A stretch of 64,000 nucleotides of DNA from Bacilli bacterium (GTDB lineage: Bacteria; Bacillota_I; Bacilli_A; RFN20; CAG-826), in contig JAKSVB010000010.1 in assembly GCA_024408335.1 (NCBI GenBank), forward strand, positions 3,431-67,430. Direction: 5' to 3'. The notes under the pieces are model-generated. The model made no database searches and had not been told where the DNA came from. It saw only the letters and a list, made by a program, of their open reading frames with translations. This document shows positions 1 to 9,878 of this stretch, piece after piece. Each line of letters opens with the position of its first letter. Positions within the stretch are counted from its first letter, which is position 1. The translations under genes were made by a program, and so were the position numbers.

Positions 1-1
1 T

Positions 2-694
2 AACGTCACAATGAAAATCGACACTGTCACTTTCTACCAAGTCACAGATCCAAAACTTTACGCTTATGGCGTCGACGATCCAATCATCGCTCTTGAATAC
101 TTAGCAGCAACAACTCTTCGTAACATCATCGGTGACCTCGACCTCGATGCTACCCTTACATCACGTGACATCATCAACGAAAAGATGAGAAAAATCCTCG
201 ATGCTGCCACTGACCCATGGGGCATCAAAGTCAACCGTGTCGAAGTCAAAAACATTCTCCCTCCACAAGACATCCGTGAATCAATGGAACGTCAAATGAG
301 AGCAGAACGTGAAAAGAGAGAAAAGATCCTTCTCGCAGAAGGTGAAAAGCAATCAGCAATTCTTGTCGCTGAAGGTAAGAAGCAATCATTAATCCTTAAC
401 GCAGACGCTGAAAAGCAAGCAAAGATCCTTGCAGCAGAAGCAGAAGCTGAATCAATCTTAAAGACCAAAACAGCAGAAGCTGAATCAATCAGAAGACTCC
501 GTGAAGCAGAAGCAGCAGGTCTTGAAGCTCTTAAAGCAGCAGGCGCTGATGAAGCAGTCCTTAGACTTCGCTACTATGAGGCTCTTACAAAGGCAGCAGA
601 TGGCAAGGCAACCAAGATTCTTCTCCCTTATGGATTTGAAAAAGCAGGTAGTTTTGCCTCAGCTTTAGCTGAATCAGTAAAAGAACCAAAGTAA
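2..694 (+). CDS. SPFH/band-7 (stomatin/prohibitin-like) domain protein, 5'-truncated by window edge
   Basis: ORF runs to the window edge with no upstream stop. The translation matches the C-terminal half of an SPFH domain (…LRNIIG…WGIKVNRVEVKNILPP) followed by an Ala/Glu/Lys-rich coiled-coil tail. A hairpin plus T-run follows at 719-745. Confidence 0.8.
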   Translation, partial: NVTMKIDTVTFYQVTDPKLYAYGVDDPIIALEYLAATTLRNIIGDLDLDATLTSRDIINEKMRKILDAATDPWGIKVNRVEVKNILPPQDIRESMERQMRAEREKREKILLAEGEKQSAILVAEGKKQSLILNADAEKQAKILAAEAEAESILKTKTAEAESIRRLREAEAAGLEALKAAGADEAVLRLRYYEALTKAADGKATKILLPYGFEKAGSFASALAESVKEPK

Positions 695-718
695 AATTCA
701 AAAGTATGTAATATTTAA

Positions 719-745
719 AGACCTATCTTTGATAGGTCTTTTTTC
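719..745 (+). terminator. Rho-independent terminator
   Basis: AGACCTATC-ttt-GATAGGTCT followed by TTTTTT. Confidence 0.7.
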
Positions 746-847
746 TGTATAAATAGTATTAATTTTTCAATGTGCATTTTTCTCTTTTTGTTTAGCGTTT
801 TTTTATGGCATAATATGGTGCCCTTCTTTAGAAGGTGACTTACTCAA

Positions 848-1207
848 ATGGCAATCGATAAAAAAACTCCTTATGGAAAAATAAACATATCAATGGACTT
901 TGTCGCGGGCATTGCAGGCGAAGCTGCAACTGGCTGCTATGGAGTCGTTGGACTTGCGGACCGCAATCTTATTAGAGGTGGTTTTGCCGAGCTTCTCCAA
1001 CAAGAAGATTACGACAAAGGCATCTACTGCAGAAAGAAGAAAGACGGTTACGAGGTCGATGTCTATTTGGTCGTGGCCTACGGTGTTAAAATCACTGAGG
1101 TCGTACGTGAAGTACAAAAGAAAGTGGCCTATGACTTAAACAAGGCTTTCGGAGATTCGTTCCTCGAAGTCAACGTTTATGTCCAGGACATTCGAGAGAT
1201 TAATTAA
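848..1207 (+). CDS. Asp23/Gls24-family alkaline shock protein (YloU-like)
   Basis: 119 aa. The N-terminus 'GKINISMDFVAGIAGEAATGCYGVVGL' is typical of the Asp23 family. SD AAGGTGA lies upstream, and the next gene is a DAK2/YloV homologue, the usual partner. Confidence 0.85.
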   Translation: MAIDKKTPYGKINISMDFVAGIAGEAATGCYGVVGLADRNLIRGGFAELLQQEDYDKGIYCRKKKDGYEVDVYLVVAYGVKITEVVREVQKKVAYDLNKAFGDSFLEVNVYVQDIREIN

Positions 1208-1209
1208 TT

Positions 1210-2922
1210 ATGAAAACAATCAACGGTCAGGAACTTAAACAACTTTTCCTCTCTGGTGCAAACAACCTATACAACCATTATCCAGAAGTCGACAAACTTA
1301 ATGTTTTCCCAGTCCCAGATGGCGACACTGGCATGAACATGAATCTTACCCTTACTAGCGGTGCGAAAGAGATCGAAAACAAGAACGATAGCTCTGTTGA
1401 GATCATCAGCGCATCCTTTAGCCGTGGCCTTTTAATGGGAGCCCGTGGTAACAGTGGTGTCATCACTTCCCAAATCTTCAAAGGCTTCTCCAATTCTTGC
1501 CAAGGTAAAGACAAGCTTACCGTTGAAGAATTCGCTGCTGCTTTTGCTGGCGCTAAAGAAACAGCTTACAAAGCCGTTATGCGTCCAGTCGAAGGAACAA
1601 TCCTTACAGTCATCAGAGAAGCAAGTGCTGCTATGGTCGATAGAGTTAAGCCAACCCACTCAATCGAACAAGCTCTCGATATCCTTCTCGAAGAAGCAAA
1701 GAAATCACTTGATCACACTCCAGACCTTTTACCAGTCTTAAAGCAAGTCGGCGTCGTCGATAGCGGCGGTGCTGGTCTTACAATCGTTTTCGAAGGCATG
1801 GCAAAAGCTGCTCATGGCCAATTCGTTGAAAGAAATACAAATCTCGCACAAGAAGAATCATCTTCTCCAATCATCTCTCCTTCAAGCTACGCAGGTGCTC
1901 AACTTAGCGAAGATGAAGAAGGATACGGATACTGCACCCAATTCATTCTTAGACTTGGCAAGCCAGAAGATGGCAAGAAGGCTTTCGTTGAGAAAAACTT
2001 CCAAAAATTCTTAAGCGCACACGGCAATAGCATCGTCCTCGTTCGCGATGATGATATCGTCAAAGTCCACGTCCACACTCTCACCCCTGGTTCAATGCTC
2101 AATTACGCTCAAAACTACGGTGAATTCTTAACAATTACCATCGAGAACATGAGTGAAGAACACCACAATATCGAGCACGGAGACGTTGCGACCGATATGA
2201 TGGCAAACATCGAACGTGGCAAAAAAGAAACCAAAAAAGAAGAAAAGCCATGGACTGACTTCGGCGTCATCGCCGTTAGCTCAGGCGCAGGCTTAGATGA
2301 AACATTCAAGGAACTTGGCGTTGACTATCTTGTCAGCGGTGGCCAAACCATGAACCCAAGCACCCAAGACTTCGTTAAAGCGGTCGAAGAGATTCGCGCT
2401 CACAACGTCTTCATCCTCCCAAATAACGGCAATATCGTTATGGCAGCTAACCAAGCAGCAGAGGTCATCGACAACAAAGAAGTCAAAGTCCACGTCATCC
2501 CATCAAAGACAATCCCACAAGGCATCACTTCAATGATGCAGTATTCTGCAGAACTTGAAGCTGGAGAAATCGAAGAAGCCATGAAAGAAGCCTTAGGCTT
2601 AGTCAAGAGCGGATCAGTCACTTATGCAATCAAAGACACCGACATCAACGGCGTCCACGTCACCAAAGATTATTACATGGGCATGAAGGAAGATAAGACC
2701 ATCGTTGCCTGTGTCAAAGACAAGATGGAAGCCCTCAAATCACTCGTTGAAGGAATGGTCACTGATGAGTCATTCGCTCTTAGCATCTACTCTGGTAAAG
2801 ACATTACCGAAGAGGAAGAAGCGGAAGTCAATGAATACATGACAAGCCAATATCCAAATCTCGATGTTACCGTCCGTAGAGGCGATCAACCTGTCTATAG
2901 TTTCTTAGTCGGCATCGAATAA
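1210..2922 (+). CDS. DAK2-domain fusion protein (YloV family)
   Basis: 570 aa. The N-terminal Dak2 phosphatase-like motif 'PVPDGDTGMNMNLTL' and C-terminal YloV-type domain are present. It sits in the conserved asp23-yloV-recG neighbourhood. Confidence 0.85.
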   Translation: MKTINGQELKQLFLSGANNLYNHYPEVDKLNVFPVPDGDTGMNMNLTLTSGAKEIENKNDSSVEIISASFSRGLLMGARGNSGVITSQIFKGFSNSCQGKDKLTVEEFAAAFAGAKETAYKAVMRPVEGTILTVIREASAAMVDRVKPTHSIEQALDILLEEAKKSLDHTPDLLPVLKQVGVVDSGGAGLTIVFEGMAKAAHGQFVERNTNLAQEESSSPIISPSSYAGAQLSEDEEGYGYCTQFILRLGKPEDGKKAFVEKNFQKFLSAHGNSIVLVRDDDIVKVHVHTLTPGSMLNYAQNYGEFLTITIENMSEEHHNIEHGDVATDMMANIERGKKETKKEEKPWTDFGVIAVSSGAGLDETFKELGVDYLVSGGQTMNPSTQDFVKAVEEIRAHNVFILPNNGNIVMAANQAAEVIDNKEVKVHVIPSKTIPQGITSMMQYSAELEAGEIEEAMKEALGLVKSGSVTYAIKDTDINGVHVTKDYYMGMKEDKTIVACVKDKMEALKSLVEGMVTDESFALSIYSGKDITEEEEAEVNEYMTSQYPNLDVTVRRGDQPVYSFLVGIE

Positions 2923-2936
2923 ATATCAAAGAAGTT

Positions 2937-2964
2937 AAGGAGCTCCGGCTCCTTTTTTCTTTTT
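2937..2964 (+). terminator. Rho-independent terminator after yloV-like gene
   Basis: AAGGAGC-tccg-GCTCCTT followed by a T-run. Confidence 0.7.
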
Positions 2965-3031
2965 AAAAATATTCTTAGTGAAATGAGGGTCAATATTTGA
3001 TATATTGCATCTAACACTAAGGTGTTAAAAG

Positions 3032-4756
3032 ATGAAAAAGAAGAGTTTATTTAATGGAATTTTGATGGGATGCATGGGGTTACTCGTAGCTTCATGTTCT
3101 TTTTCAAGCACTCCAACACATAGCGAAAGCAAAGAGGTAACCTCATCTAGCAGTCAATCCTCAATTAGTGAGGCGTCATCATCTGAATCTCTTGCTTCGT
3201 CAATCGCCCCAGGAACATCTGTCGATTCCTTCGCAGAGTCTCAGCCAGTATCTAAGACCAAGATGAGATACACCTTCAAAGACTATGGAAGTCATAACAT
3301 TGCTAAATCAGATTTTTGTCCAAACCAAGGAAACCCAAAACTCTTGGTCATCCCTGTTTGGTTCACCGATTCCTCAGACTTCATCAACATGTCTCATAGA
3401 GAAGATGTTAGACAAGATATTGAATCCTGTTATTTTGGCGAGAACGAAGAAGTCGGCTGGAGAAGCGTTAGAACTTATTACAGCGAACTCTCACAAAATA
3501 GATGCAATCTAGAGGGCGTAGTTTCCGATTGGTTTGAATGCGGGGATAGCTTCACATCAGCAGGTAAATTCTCTAGCGACGTTGCAAGACTCAACTACAT
3601 GGATAGACTCGTTGACCGCGCTGTTGAATGGTATTTCACTCAACCTAACGCCAAAGAAAGAATCGATTTCGACCTTGACGAGAACGGCTTCCTTGATGGC
3701 GTCATGCTTATCTATGGCGCTCCAGATTACTCATCTTTAGCTAACAATCCAAACTATAGATACACTGCAAGAAACTTCGACAATCTCTGGGCTTATTGCA
3801 CTTGGCTTACTGAAAACGAAGCAGATATTGATACACCAAACACAAACGTAATTTTCTGGGCTTCTTACGACTTCATGTATGGACGTGAAAGAATCTACGA
3901 AAGAACAGGTAGCAGCATCTACTATGGCGGTGACACGGATTCTTGCAACCTTGACACCCACACCTTCATTCATGAGATGGGCCACGTTTTTGGCGCTAGC
4001 GACTATTACGATTACTCTGGAGGATATTGCCCAGCTGGCGGTTTCTCCATGCAAGATAACAACGTCGGATCACATGATCCTTTCACCGCTTTAGCCTGTG
4101 GTTGGGTCGATCCATATATCCCAAAGACATCATGTGACATCACCCTTAGACCTTTCCAAAGCCAAGGCCATGACGTCATCCTTTTAAGCCCATTCTGGGA
4201 TAGCATCAACTCACCATTCGACGAATACCTCCTTCTTGAGTTATACACTCCAACAGGACTCAACGAATTCGATTCAGATAATCCTTATAAGCTCTACTAC
4301 CCAAGTGGCACTAAGGAATGCGGCATCCGTTTATGGCATGTTGATGCTAGACTCGTTAAACCAAAGAGAGTCACTCTCACAGGTCAAGTCTTCTGGGATA
4401 CAACGCCTCTAAATGATCCAACAATAGATAACGTTTATCACATGATCACGAATACATATTATTCAGCCAGCGCCGAAGGATATTGCTCCGTTCTTGGCTC
4501 CTCATACGCTGACTACAATATGCTTCAACTCATCAAAAACAGCACTACCTCAACCCATAAAAACAGATATGGCAATTACTTTGGTTCATCTGACTTATTC
4601 AAAGACGGCGATGTCTTTGATATGAAGACCTTTGGAAAGCAATTCGTCAATGTTGGAGAGCTTAATAACCAAGACCTTCTTGGTTGGGCGTTTGAAGTCA
4701 GTATCACAGGCACTGGTGAGAACACTCTTGCAAAGATTTCTCTCGCAAGAAGCTAA
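3032..4756 (+). CDS. Lipoprotein, putative secreted zinc metallopeptidase (HExxHxxGxxD zincin motif)
   Basis: N-terminal signal peptide with lipobox 'LLVASC', then a Ser-rich linker. The motif 'FIHEMGHVFGASDYYDY' (HExxHxxGxxD-Y) resembles M64/M6-like zincins. SD AAGGTG upstream; terminator hairpin at 4763-4790. Confidence 0.6.
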   Translation: MKKKSLFNGILMGCMGLLVASCSFSSTPTHSESKEVTSSSSQSSISEASSSESLASSIAPGTSVDSFAESQPVSKTKMRYTFKDYGSHNIAKSDFCPNQGNPKLLVIPVWFTDSSDFINMSHREDVRQDIESCYFGENEEVGWRSVRTYYSELSQNRCNLEGVVSDWFECGDSFTSAGKFSSDVARLNYMDRLVDRAVEWYFTQPNAKERIDFDLDENGFLDGVMLIYGAPDYSSLANNPNYRYTARNFDNLWAYCTWLTENEADIDTPNTNVIFWASYDFMYGRERIYERTGSSIYYGGDTDSCNLDTHTFIHEMGHVFGASDYYDYSGGYCPAGGFSMQDNNVGSHDPFTALACGWVDPYIPKTSCDITLRPFQSQGHDVILLSPFWDSINSPFDEYLLLELYTPTGLNEFDSDNPYKLYYPSGTKECGIRLWHVDARLVKPKRVTLTGQVFWDTTPLNDPTIDNVYHMITNTYYSASAEGYCSVLGSSYADYNMLQLIKNSTTSTHKNRYGNYFGSSDLFKDGDVFDMKTFGKQFVNVGELNNQDLLGWAFEVSITGTGENTLAKISLARS

Positions 4757-4762
4757 TTGATC

Positions 4763-4790
4763 AAACCCGATTAACATCGGGTTTTTTCTT
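4763..4790 (+). terminator. Rho-independent terminator after lipoprotein gene
   Basis: AAACCCGAT-taac-ATCGGGTTT followed by TTTTTCTTT. Confidence 0.75.
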
Positions 4791-4807
4791 TGTGGTAAAA
4801 TATCTTC

Positions 4808-6805
4808 ATGAAATTAACTTCTTCTAAGAAAATGAACGCGGCCTTAGAAAGCATGGGCATTTTTACTTATGCCGATGTCATTCGCCATATTCCTAGAAGA
4901 TATGATGACTATAATTACACCACCCCAAAAGTGGAATACGAAGATAAAGAAAGACTCGTTCTTAAAGGCAAGATTAGAGGTGGGGCACCTCACCCTATGA
5001 GGTTTGCCAAACGCATTCTTTATCGTTTCTATTTTGAGACAGAAGAAGGTTATTGTTACCTTGTTGAAGCGTGGAACCGCGTATATTTAGGAAAGCTCCT
5101 AAAGCAAGGCGAGATCTACACTTTGATGGGTAATTACGATAAGAAAAGACACTGCATCTCTTTGATTAATATCGTGTCTGGAATCATCAATCCAGAAGAC
5201 GCATTTAAGCCAATATATAACCTCCCTAATGACATCCAAAATTTTGCCTTTTCTCGCTTAGTGGAAAAGGCTCTAACCGAGGAGAAGGGCGTCTTGGATG
5301 ACTTGATACCTGGAAGATACAAAGAGAAGTATCGTCTTTGTTCCCTTTTTGAAGCGTATTCCCTCATCCATAAGCCAAAGAATTCCAATGACATTAAGAA
5401 AGCTTTAAGGACTCTCAAATACCAAGAAGCCCTTCTTTTCGAACTCAAAAACCAAAAGGTAAGAGCCACAAACAAAGCCATCAAAAAAGACCTTAGAAGA
5501 GGCGTCAATATCACTAAACTTGAAGCCTTCATCAAGACCCTTCCTTTCTCTCTTTCTAGCGATCAGAGAAAGGCACTAGATGAATGCGTTTCCGATATGG
5601 ATCAGGGAAGTGTCATGTACCGCCTTCTTCAAGGGGATGTTGGCACAGGAAAAACCCTTGTCGCTGCTTTAGCGGCATACGCTAACTACACAAGAAGTCA
5701 GCAAACAGCACTTCTTGCTCCAACCGATTCTTTAGCAAGGCAACACTATGAAACATTAACGAAAATCTTCGAAGGAACAAGCGTCAATGTCGGCCTTCTA
5801 GTTGGAGCGATGGAACCGTCAGAAAAGAGAGCGGCCATCGATGATATTGGCGATGGCACGACTGATATAGTCGTTGGAACGCACGCTCTATTTTCTAAGT
5901 CCGTCAACTACGCTTCATTAGGGCTTGCCATCATTGATGAGCAACATAAATTTGGCGTTAATCAGCGTACTCTTCTCCTTGATAAAGGTGAGCACGCAGA
6001 TCTTCTTTTGATGAGCGCCACCCCAATTCCTAGAACACTCACCATGACGATTTATGGCGATTTGGATGTCTCCACTTTGACCGAATTCCCTGCAGGAAAA
6101 AGAGAAGTCAAAACTTATCTTTGTAAGAAGCATGATAAGAAAGTTGGTAAGCTTATCGAAGAGTCTTTGGCCAACAAAAAACGCATCTATGTCGTCGTCC
6201 CTCAAATCGAAGGAGGGGAGGACAAAGATTCAACTTCCGTCTTAACGGTCTATGAAAAATATAAGAACTATTATGGCGACAAAGTAGTCATGATGCATGG
6301 CCAAATGAATGAGGAAGAAAAGAACCTTGCGACCTTAGCCTTCAAGTCTGGAATTTGCCCAATCATGGTCGCCACTTCCCTTATTGAAGTTGGCATTGAC
6401 GTCAAAGAAGCAAACCTCATGATTATCTACGCGCCATCGCACTTTTCCTTGTCTTCTCTCCATCAGCTTAGAGGTAGAGTAGGACGTGATGGAAGCAAGG
6501 CTAGCTGCGTGCTTCTCACTAACGAAAACGCCGAGGATGACGATAAGCTTTCGGTCCTTCTAAAAACCGATGACGGCTTCCAAATAGCAGAAGAGGATCT
6601 TCGCTTAAGAGGGCCAGGAGAACTAATGGGAACAAAGCAATCCGGACTCCCTTCTTTCTTAACTGCGAATATCATTAACGACTTCAAGATTTTCGAATGT
6701 GCCAGAGACGATGCCAAAGAAATTTGGCAAAACCCTCGCTACCTAGACAATCAACCGATCGTACACGAGGCAGAAACCTCCCTCCTAACATACCGAATCT
6801 CCTAG
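4808..6805 (+). CDS. recG: ATP-dependent DNA helicase RecG
   Basis: 665 aa. Walker A 'GDVGTGKT', DEAH box 'IDEQHKFGV', and a wedge domain N-terminal. It follows yloV as in Bacillus. No SD is present, and an extended -10 (TGgTAAAAT) lies 6 nt upstream of the ATG. Confidence 0.9.
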   Translation: MKLTSSKKMNAALESMGIFTYADVIRHIPRRYDDYNYTTPKVEYEDKERLVLKGKIRGGAPHPMRFAKRILYRFYFETEEGYCYLVEAWNRVYLGKLLKQGEIYTLMGNYDKKRHCISLINIVSGIINPEDAFKPIYNLPNDIQNFAFSRLVEKALTEEKGVLDDLIPGRYKEKYRLCSLFEAYSLIHKPKNSNDIKKALRTLKYQEALLFELKNQKVRATNKAIKKDLRRGVNITKLEAFIKTLPFSLSSDQRKALDECVSDMDQGSVMYRLLQGDVGTGKTLVAALAAYANYTRSQQTALLAPTDSLARQHYETLTKIFEGTSVNVGLLVGAMEPSEKRAAIDDIGDGTTDIVVGTHALFSKSVNYASLGLAIIDEQHKFGVNQRTLLLDKGEHADLLLMSATPIPRTLTMTIYGDLDVSTLTEFPAGKREVKTYLCKKHDKKVGKLIEESLANKKRIYVVVPQIEGGEDKDSTSVLTVYEKYKNYYGDKVVMMHGQMNEEEKNLATLAFKSGICPIMVATSLIEVGIDVKEANLMIIYAPSHFSLSSLHQLRGRVGRDGSKASCVLLTNENAEDDDKLSVLLKTDDGFQIAEEDLRLRGPGELMGTKQSGLPSFLTANIINDFKIFECARDDAKEIWQNPRYLDNQPIVHEAETSLLTYRIS

Positions 6806-6857
6806 ATTTAGAATCGATAGGTAGTTATACTAACTATCGATAGGAGATTTTTTTAAT

Positions 6858-7847
6858 ATGAAAAAAATTGTTGTTGATATGATGGGAAGCGACCTTGGTC
6901 TTGAAGCTACCAAGCCAGGCGTTGAACTTTTCCATGCAAAACACCCAGATGTAGAACTCATTTTAGTTGGCAAAGAAGATGAACTTAAAGATATCCCATA
7001 CGCCAAAATCGTTAATGCAACCGACGTCGTCCCAATGACTTGTGGCGCTTTAGAAGTTATCCGCCGCAAAGAATCATCAATGGTCGTCGCCTTAAATACC
7101 ATGAAAGCAGAAGGTGCTGATGGCATCATCTCTGCTGGTGCTACAGGCGCATTCTTAAGCGCTTCAACCCTTATGCTCAAGAAGATCCCAGGCGTCCAAA
7201 GACCAGCTCTCTTAACAGCCTTCCCTAACATCGAAGCAGATGGCTATACAACCCTTCTCGATGTCGGCGCATCAAACGTCAACGCCGCTGAAGAACTTGC
7301 TCAATTCGCTTTCATGGGAACCGTTTACGCTAGAGCCGTCTATAACATCGAGAATCCACGCGTCTGCCTCTTAAGCAACGGCAGCGAAGAAGGCAAAGGC
7401 TCACCAGTTGGCAAAGAAGCATATGCCCTCCTCAAAGAAGACAAGAAAGTCAACTTCCAAGGCAACATCGAAGGCGACAAACTTCTCAAAGGCTTAGCAG
7501 ACGTCGTCGTTAGCGATGGCTTCACTGGCAACGTCATGCTTAAGACAACCGAAGGCACCGCTAAAGGAATGGGTAAGCTCTTAAAGAAAGGCTTCCTTTC
7601 AAAGCTCCGTTGCAAGATCGGCTACTTATTCGCAAAACCAGCAGTCAAAATGCTTACCGATAAACTCGATCCATCAAACGTCGGTGGCGCAATGCTTATG
7701 GGCGTCAATGGCGCAGTCGTCAAAGCTCATGGCAATAGCACTGGCAAGTCATTTGCAAGTGCCATGGAAGTTCTCTATCGCTTAATCGATGGAGATACCA
7801 CAAACAAGATCAAGAAAGCTTTCGAAGCAGATAGCGAAAACAAATAA
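6858..7847 (+). CDS. plsX: Phosphate acyltransferase PlsX
   Basis: 329 aa with PlsX family signatures ('MKKIVVDMMGSD', 'GFTGNVMLKT'). SD AGGAGA upstream. Confidence 0.9.
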   Translation: MKKIVVDMMGSDLGLEATKPGVELFHAKHPDVELILVGKEDELKDIPYAKIVNATDVVPMTCGALEVIRRKESSMVVALNTMKAEGADGIISAGATGAFLSASTLMLKKIPGVQRPALLTAFPNIEADGYTTLLDVGASNVNAAEELAQFAFMGTVYARAVYNIENPRVCLLSNGSEEGKGSPVGKEAYALLKEDKKVNFQGNIEGDKLLKGLADVVVSDGFTGNVMLKTTEGTAKGMGKLLKKGFLSKLRCKIGYLFAKPAVKMLTDKLDPSNVGGAMLMGVNGAVVKAHGNSTGKSFASAMEVLYRLIDGDTTNKIKKAFEADSENK

Positions 7848-8551
7848 TGAAACACAGACTCGACCCGCTTTTTGAGAAGCTTGGCATTAACGCCAAAAAC
7901 AAAGACGTATACGATGTCGCTTTGACTCACTCGTCTTTTAATGCTGTCTCAAACAGAAAGCACCAAGATTACGAGAGACTCGAATTCCTTGGCGACTCAG
8001 TGGTGGGTATGGTCGTAAGTGAGCTTTGCTACCGTTATCATCCAGAGATGCAGCAAGGCGACTTATCAATCCTCAAAAGCCAATTCATCCGCACCGAAAG
8101 CGAAGCAGGCTTCGCCTTAAGCGTGGGACTTGGCGAATATCTTAGAACCGGCCCTTCTTATATCGGCAACATCGGAGACAACCTCTCGATGCTTGAAGAC
8201 ATTTTCGAATCCTTCGTTGGAGCGATGTATCTCGACCAAGGAAAGGATTTCGCTTATGACTTCGTATATTCCCTTTTCGAAAAGCCAATAAGCCATGCGA
8301 AGATCGAATACGAAGAAAACCCAAAAAGCGAACTTCAGGAAGCAATTCAAGCAGATGGCAGAGAAACAGTCTCTTATCGCCTCATCAAAGAAGAAGGCCC
8401 TTCAAACAACAAGGTTTACACAATCGGCGTCTATCTTATGGACATCGAACTCGGAAGAGGAAATGGCAGAAGCAAAAAAGAAGCTGAAACCGCAGCTGCC
8501 AAGGACGCTCTTAACAAGAGAGCGTTCGTTGAGATTCCTCTCGAAGAATAG
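7847..8551 (+). CDS. rnc: Ribonuclease III
   Basis: 234 aa. Carries the RNase III signature 'ERLEFLGDSVV' and a C-terminal dsRBD. The start overlaps the plsX stop (TAATG). Confidence 0.9.
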   Translation: MKHRLDPLFEKLGINAKNKDVYDVALTHSSFNAVSNRKHQDYERLEFLGDSVVGMVVSELCYRYHPEMQQGDLSILKSQFIRTESEAGFALSVGLGEYLRTGPSYIGNIGDNLSMLEDIFESFVGAMYLDQGKDFAYDFVYSLFEKPISHAKIEYEENPKSELQEAIQADGRETVSYRLIKEEGPSNNKVYTIGVYLMDIELGRGNGRSKKEAETAAAKDALNKRAFVEIPLEE

Positions 8552-8565
8552 TAAAGGAGCTACCT

Positions 8566-9543
8566 ATGGGATTAATCACATTTCTCAAAAATAAGTTCTC
8601 CAAGAAAAAGAGCAACGAAACATACGAAAAAGGCCTAGCCAAAAGTAGAGCGGCTTTCGCCGATCGTTTGGATGACCTTTCAAAACGTTACAAGAAGGTC
8701 AACTCCGAATACTTTGAGGAGCTTGAGCAAATCCTCATCGAATCAGATGTCGGAGTATCCCTCACTCTTAAACTCGTAGACTCTCTTTTGGACAAATCCC
8801 AAAAAGAAGGCTTAACCGAACCAAGCAAAATCAACGAAGAACTCATTGACCAAATGTTCGTTAGCTATGTTGAAGGCGGAGAAAGCATCACCAACGAAAT
8901 AGCTTTCGCTAGCGAGGGCCCAACCGTTCTTTTAGTCGAAGGCGTCAATGGAGTTGGCAAAACCACATCAATCGCCAAACTCGCTCATAGATATATGGGA
9001 CAAGGCAAGAAAGTCCTTCTTGTCGCTGCCGATACCTTTAGAGCAGGCGCAGTCTCGCAGCTTAAAATCTGGGCTGAAAGACTTGGCTGCCCAATCGTCT
9101 CAGGCTTAGAAAATGGCGACCCTGCCTCAGTTTGTTACGATGGCGCTAAATACGCGGTCAACAATAACATCGACTTAATGATCGTCGATACAGCAGGAAG
9201 ACTTCATAACAAAACCAACCTCATGGCAGAGCTTGGAAAGATGAAACGCGTCATCGAACGTGAGATTCCAGGCGCTCCACACGAGACATTCTTAATCATC
9301 GACGCTCAAACAGGCCAAAATGGCGTTTCCCAAGCCAAAGCCTTCAAAGAGGTCAACGACCTTTCAGGCATCGTCATCACAAAGATGGATGGCACCTCAA
9401 AAGGTGGCATCATCCTTTCAATCCGCGATGAGCTTGGCGTCCCAGTCCGTTTCATCGGCTTAGGTGAAGCCATGACCGATTTAGCGGAATTCGATCTCGA
9501 CGAATATCTCCACGCATTACTTGTAGGAAACGAAAAGAAATGA
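8566..9543 (+). CDS. ftsY: Signal recognition particle receptor FtsY
   Basis: 325 aa. SRP GTPase NG domain with 'GVNGVGKTTSIAKLA', 'DTAGR' and 'TKMDG' motifs. Confidence 0.9.
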   Translation: MGLITFLKNKFSKKKSNETYEKGLAKSRAAFADRLDDLSKRYKKVNSEYFEELEQILIESDVGVSLTLKLVDSLLDKSQKEGLTEPSKINEELIDQMFVSYVEGGESITNEIAFASEGPTVLLVEGVNGVGKTTSIAKLAHRYMGQGKKVLLVAADTFRAGAVSQLKIWAERLGCPIVSGLENGDPASVCYDGAKYAVNNNIDLMIVDTAGRLHNKTNLMAELGKMKRVIEREIPGAPHETFLIIDAQTGQNGVSQAKAFKEVNDLSGIVITKMDGTSKGGIILSIRDELGVPVRFIGLGEAMTDLAEFDLDEYLHALLVGNEKK

Positions 9544-9878
9544 AAAACGAAATCTTAGAAAAGCGCGAGGAGATTAACGAATACTATGACGCTTACGGGG
9601 AGTTACTCACCGATAAGCAAAAGAGCCTCTTCGAAGATTATTACCTCCACGATCTCTCCCTTGGTGAAATCGCCGAAGATAGAGGAATCACTCGAAGCGC
9701 GGTGAATGACGCTCTAAAGAAGACTGTCACGAAATTTGAAGAATACGAAAAAGCAGTAGGGCTCTTAAAACTCAAGAAAGACATCAAGTCGCTTCTAAAG
9801 GAAATCGAAGAAGCATCTACAAAAGAAGAAAAAGAAAAAGCAATCGAAAGATTAAAGGAGTACGGATATGGCATTTGA
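9540..9878 (+). CDS. YlxM/p13-like putative DNA-binding protein (UPF0122), SRP-operon associated
   Basis: 112 aa with a sigma-70 region-4-like HTH ('LSLGEIAEDRGITRSAVNDAL'). It lies between ftsY and ffh as in Bacillus, and its ATG overlaps the ftsY TGA. Confidence 0.8.
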   Translation: MKNEILEKREEINEYYDAYGELLTDKQKSLFEDYYLHDLSLGEIAEDRGITRSAVNDALKKTVTKFEEYEKAVGLLKLKKDIKSLLKEIEEASTKEEKEKAIERLKEYGYGI

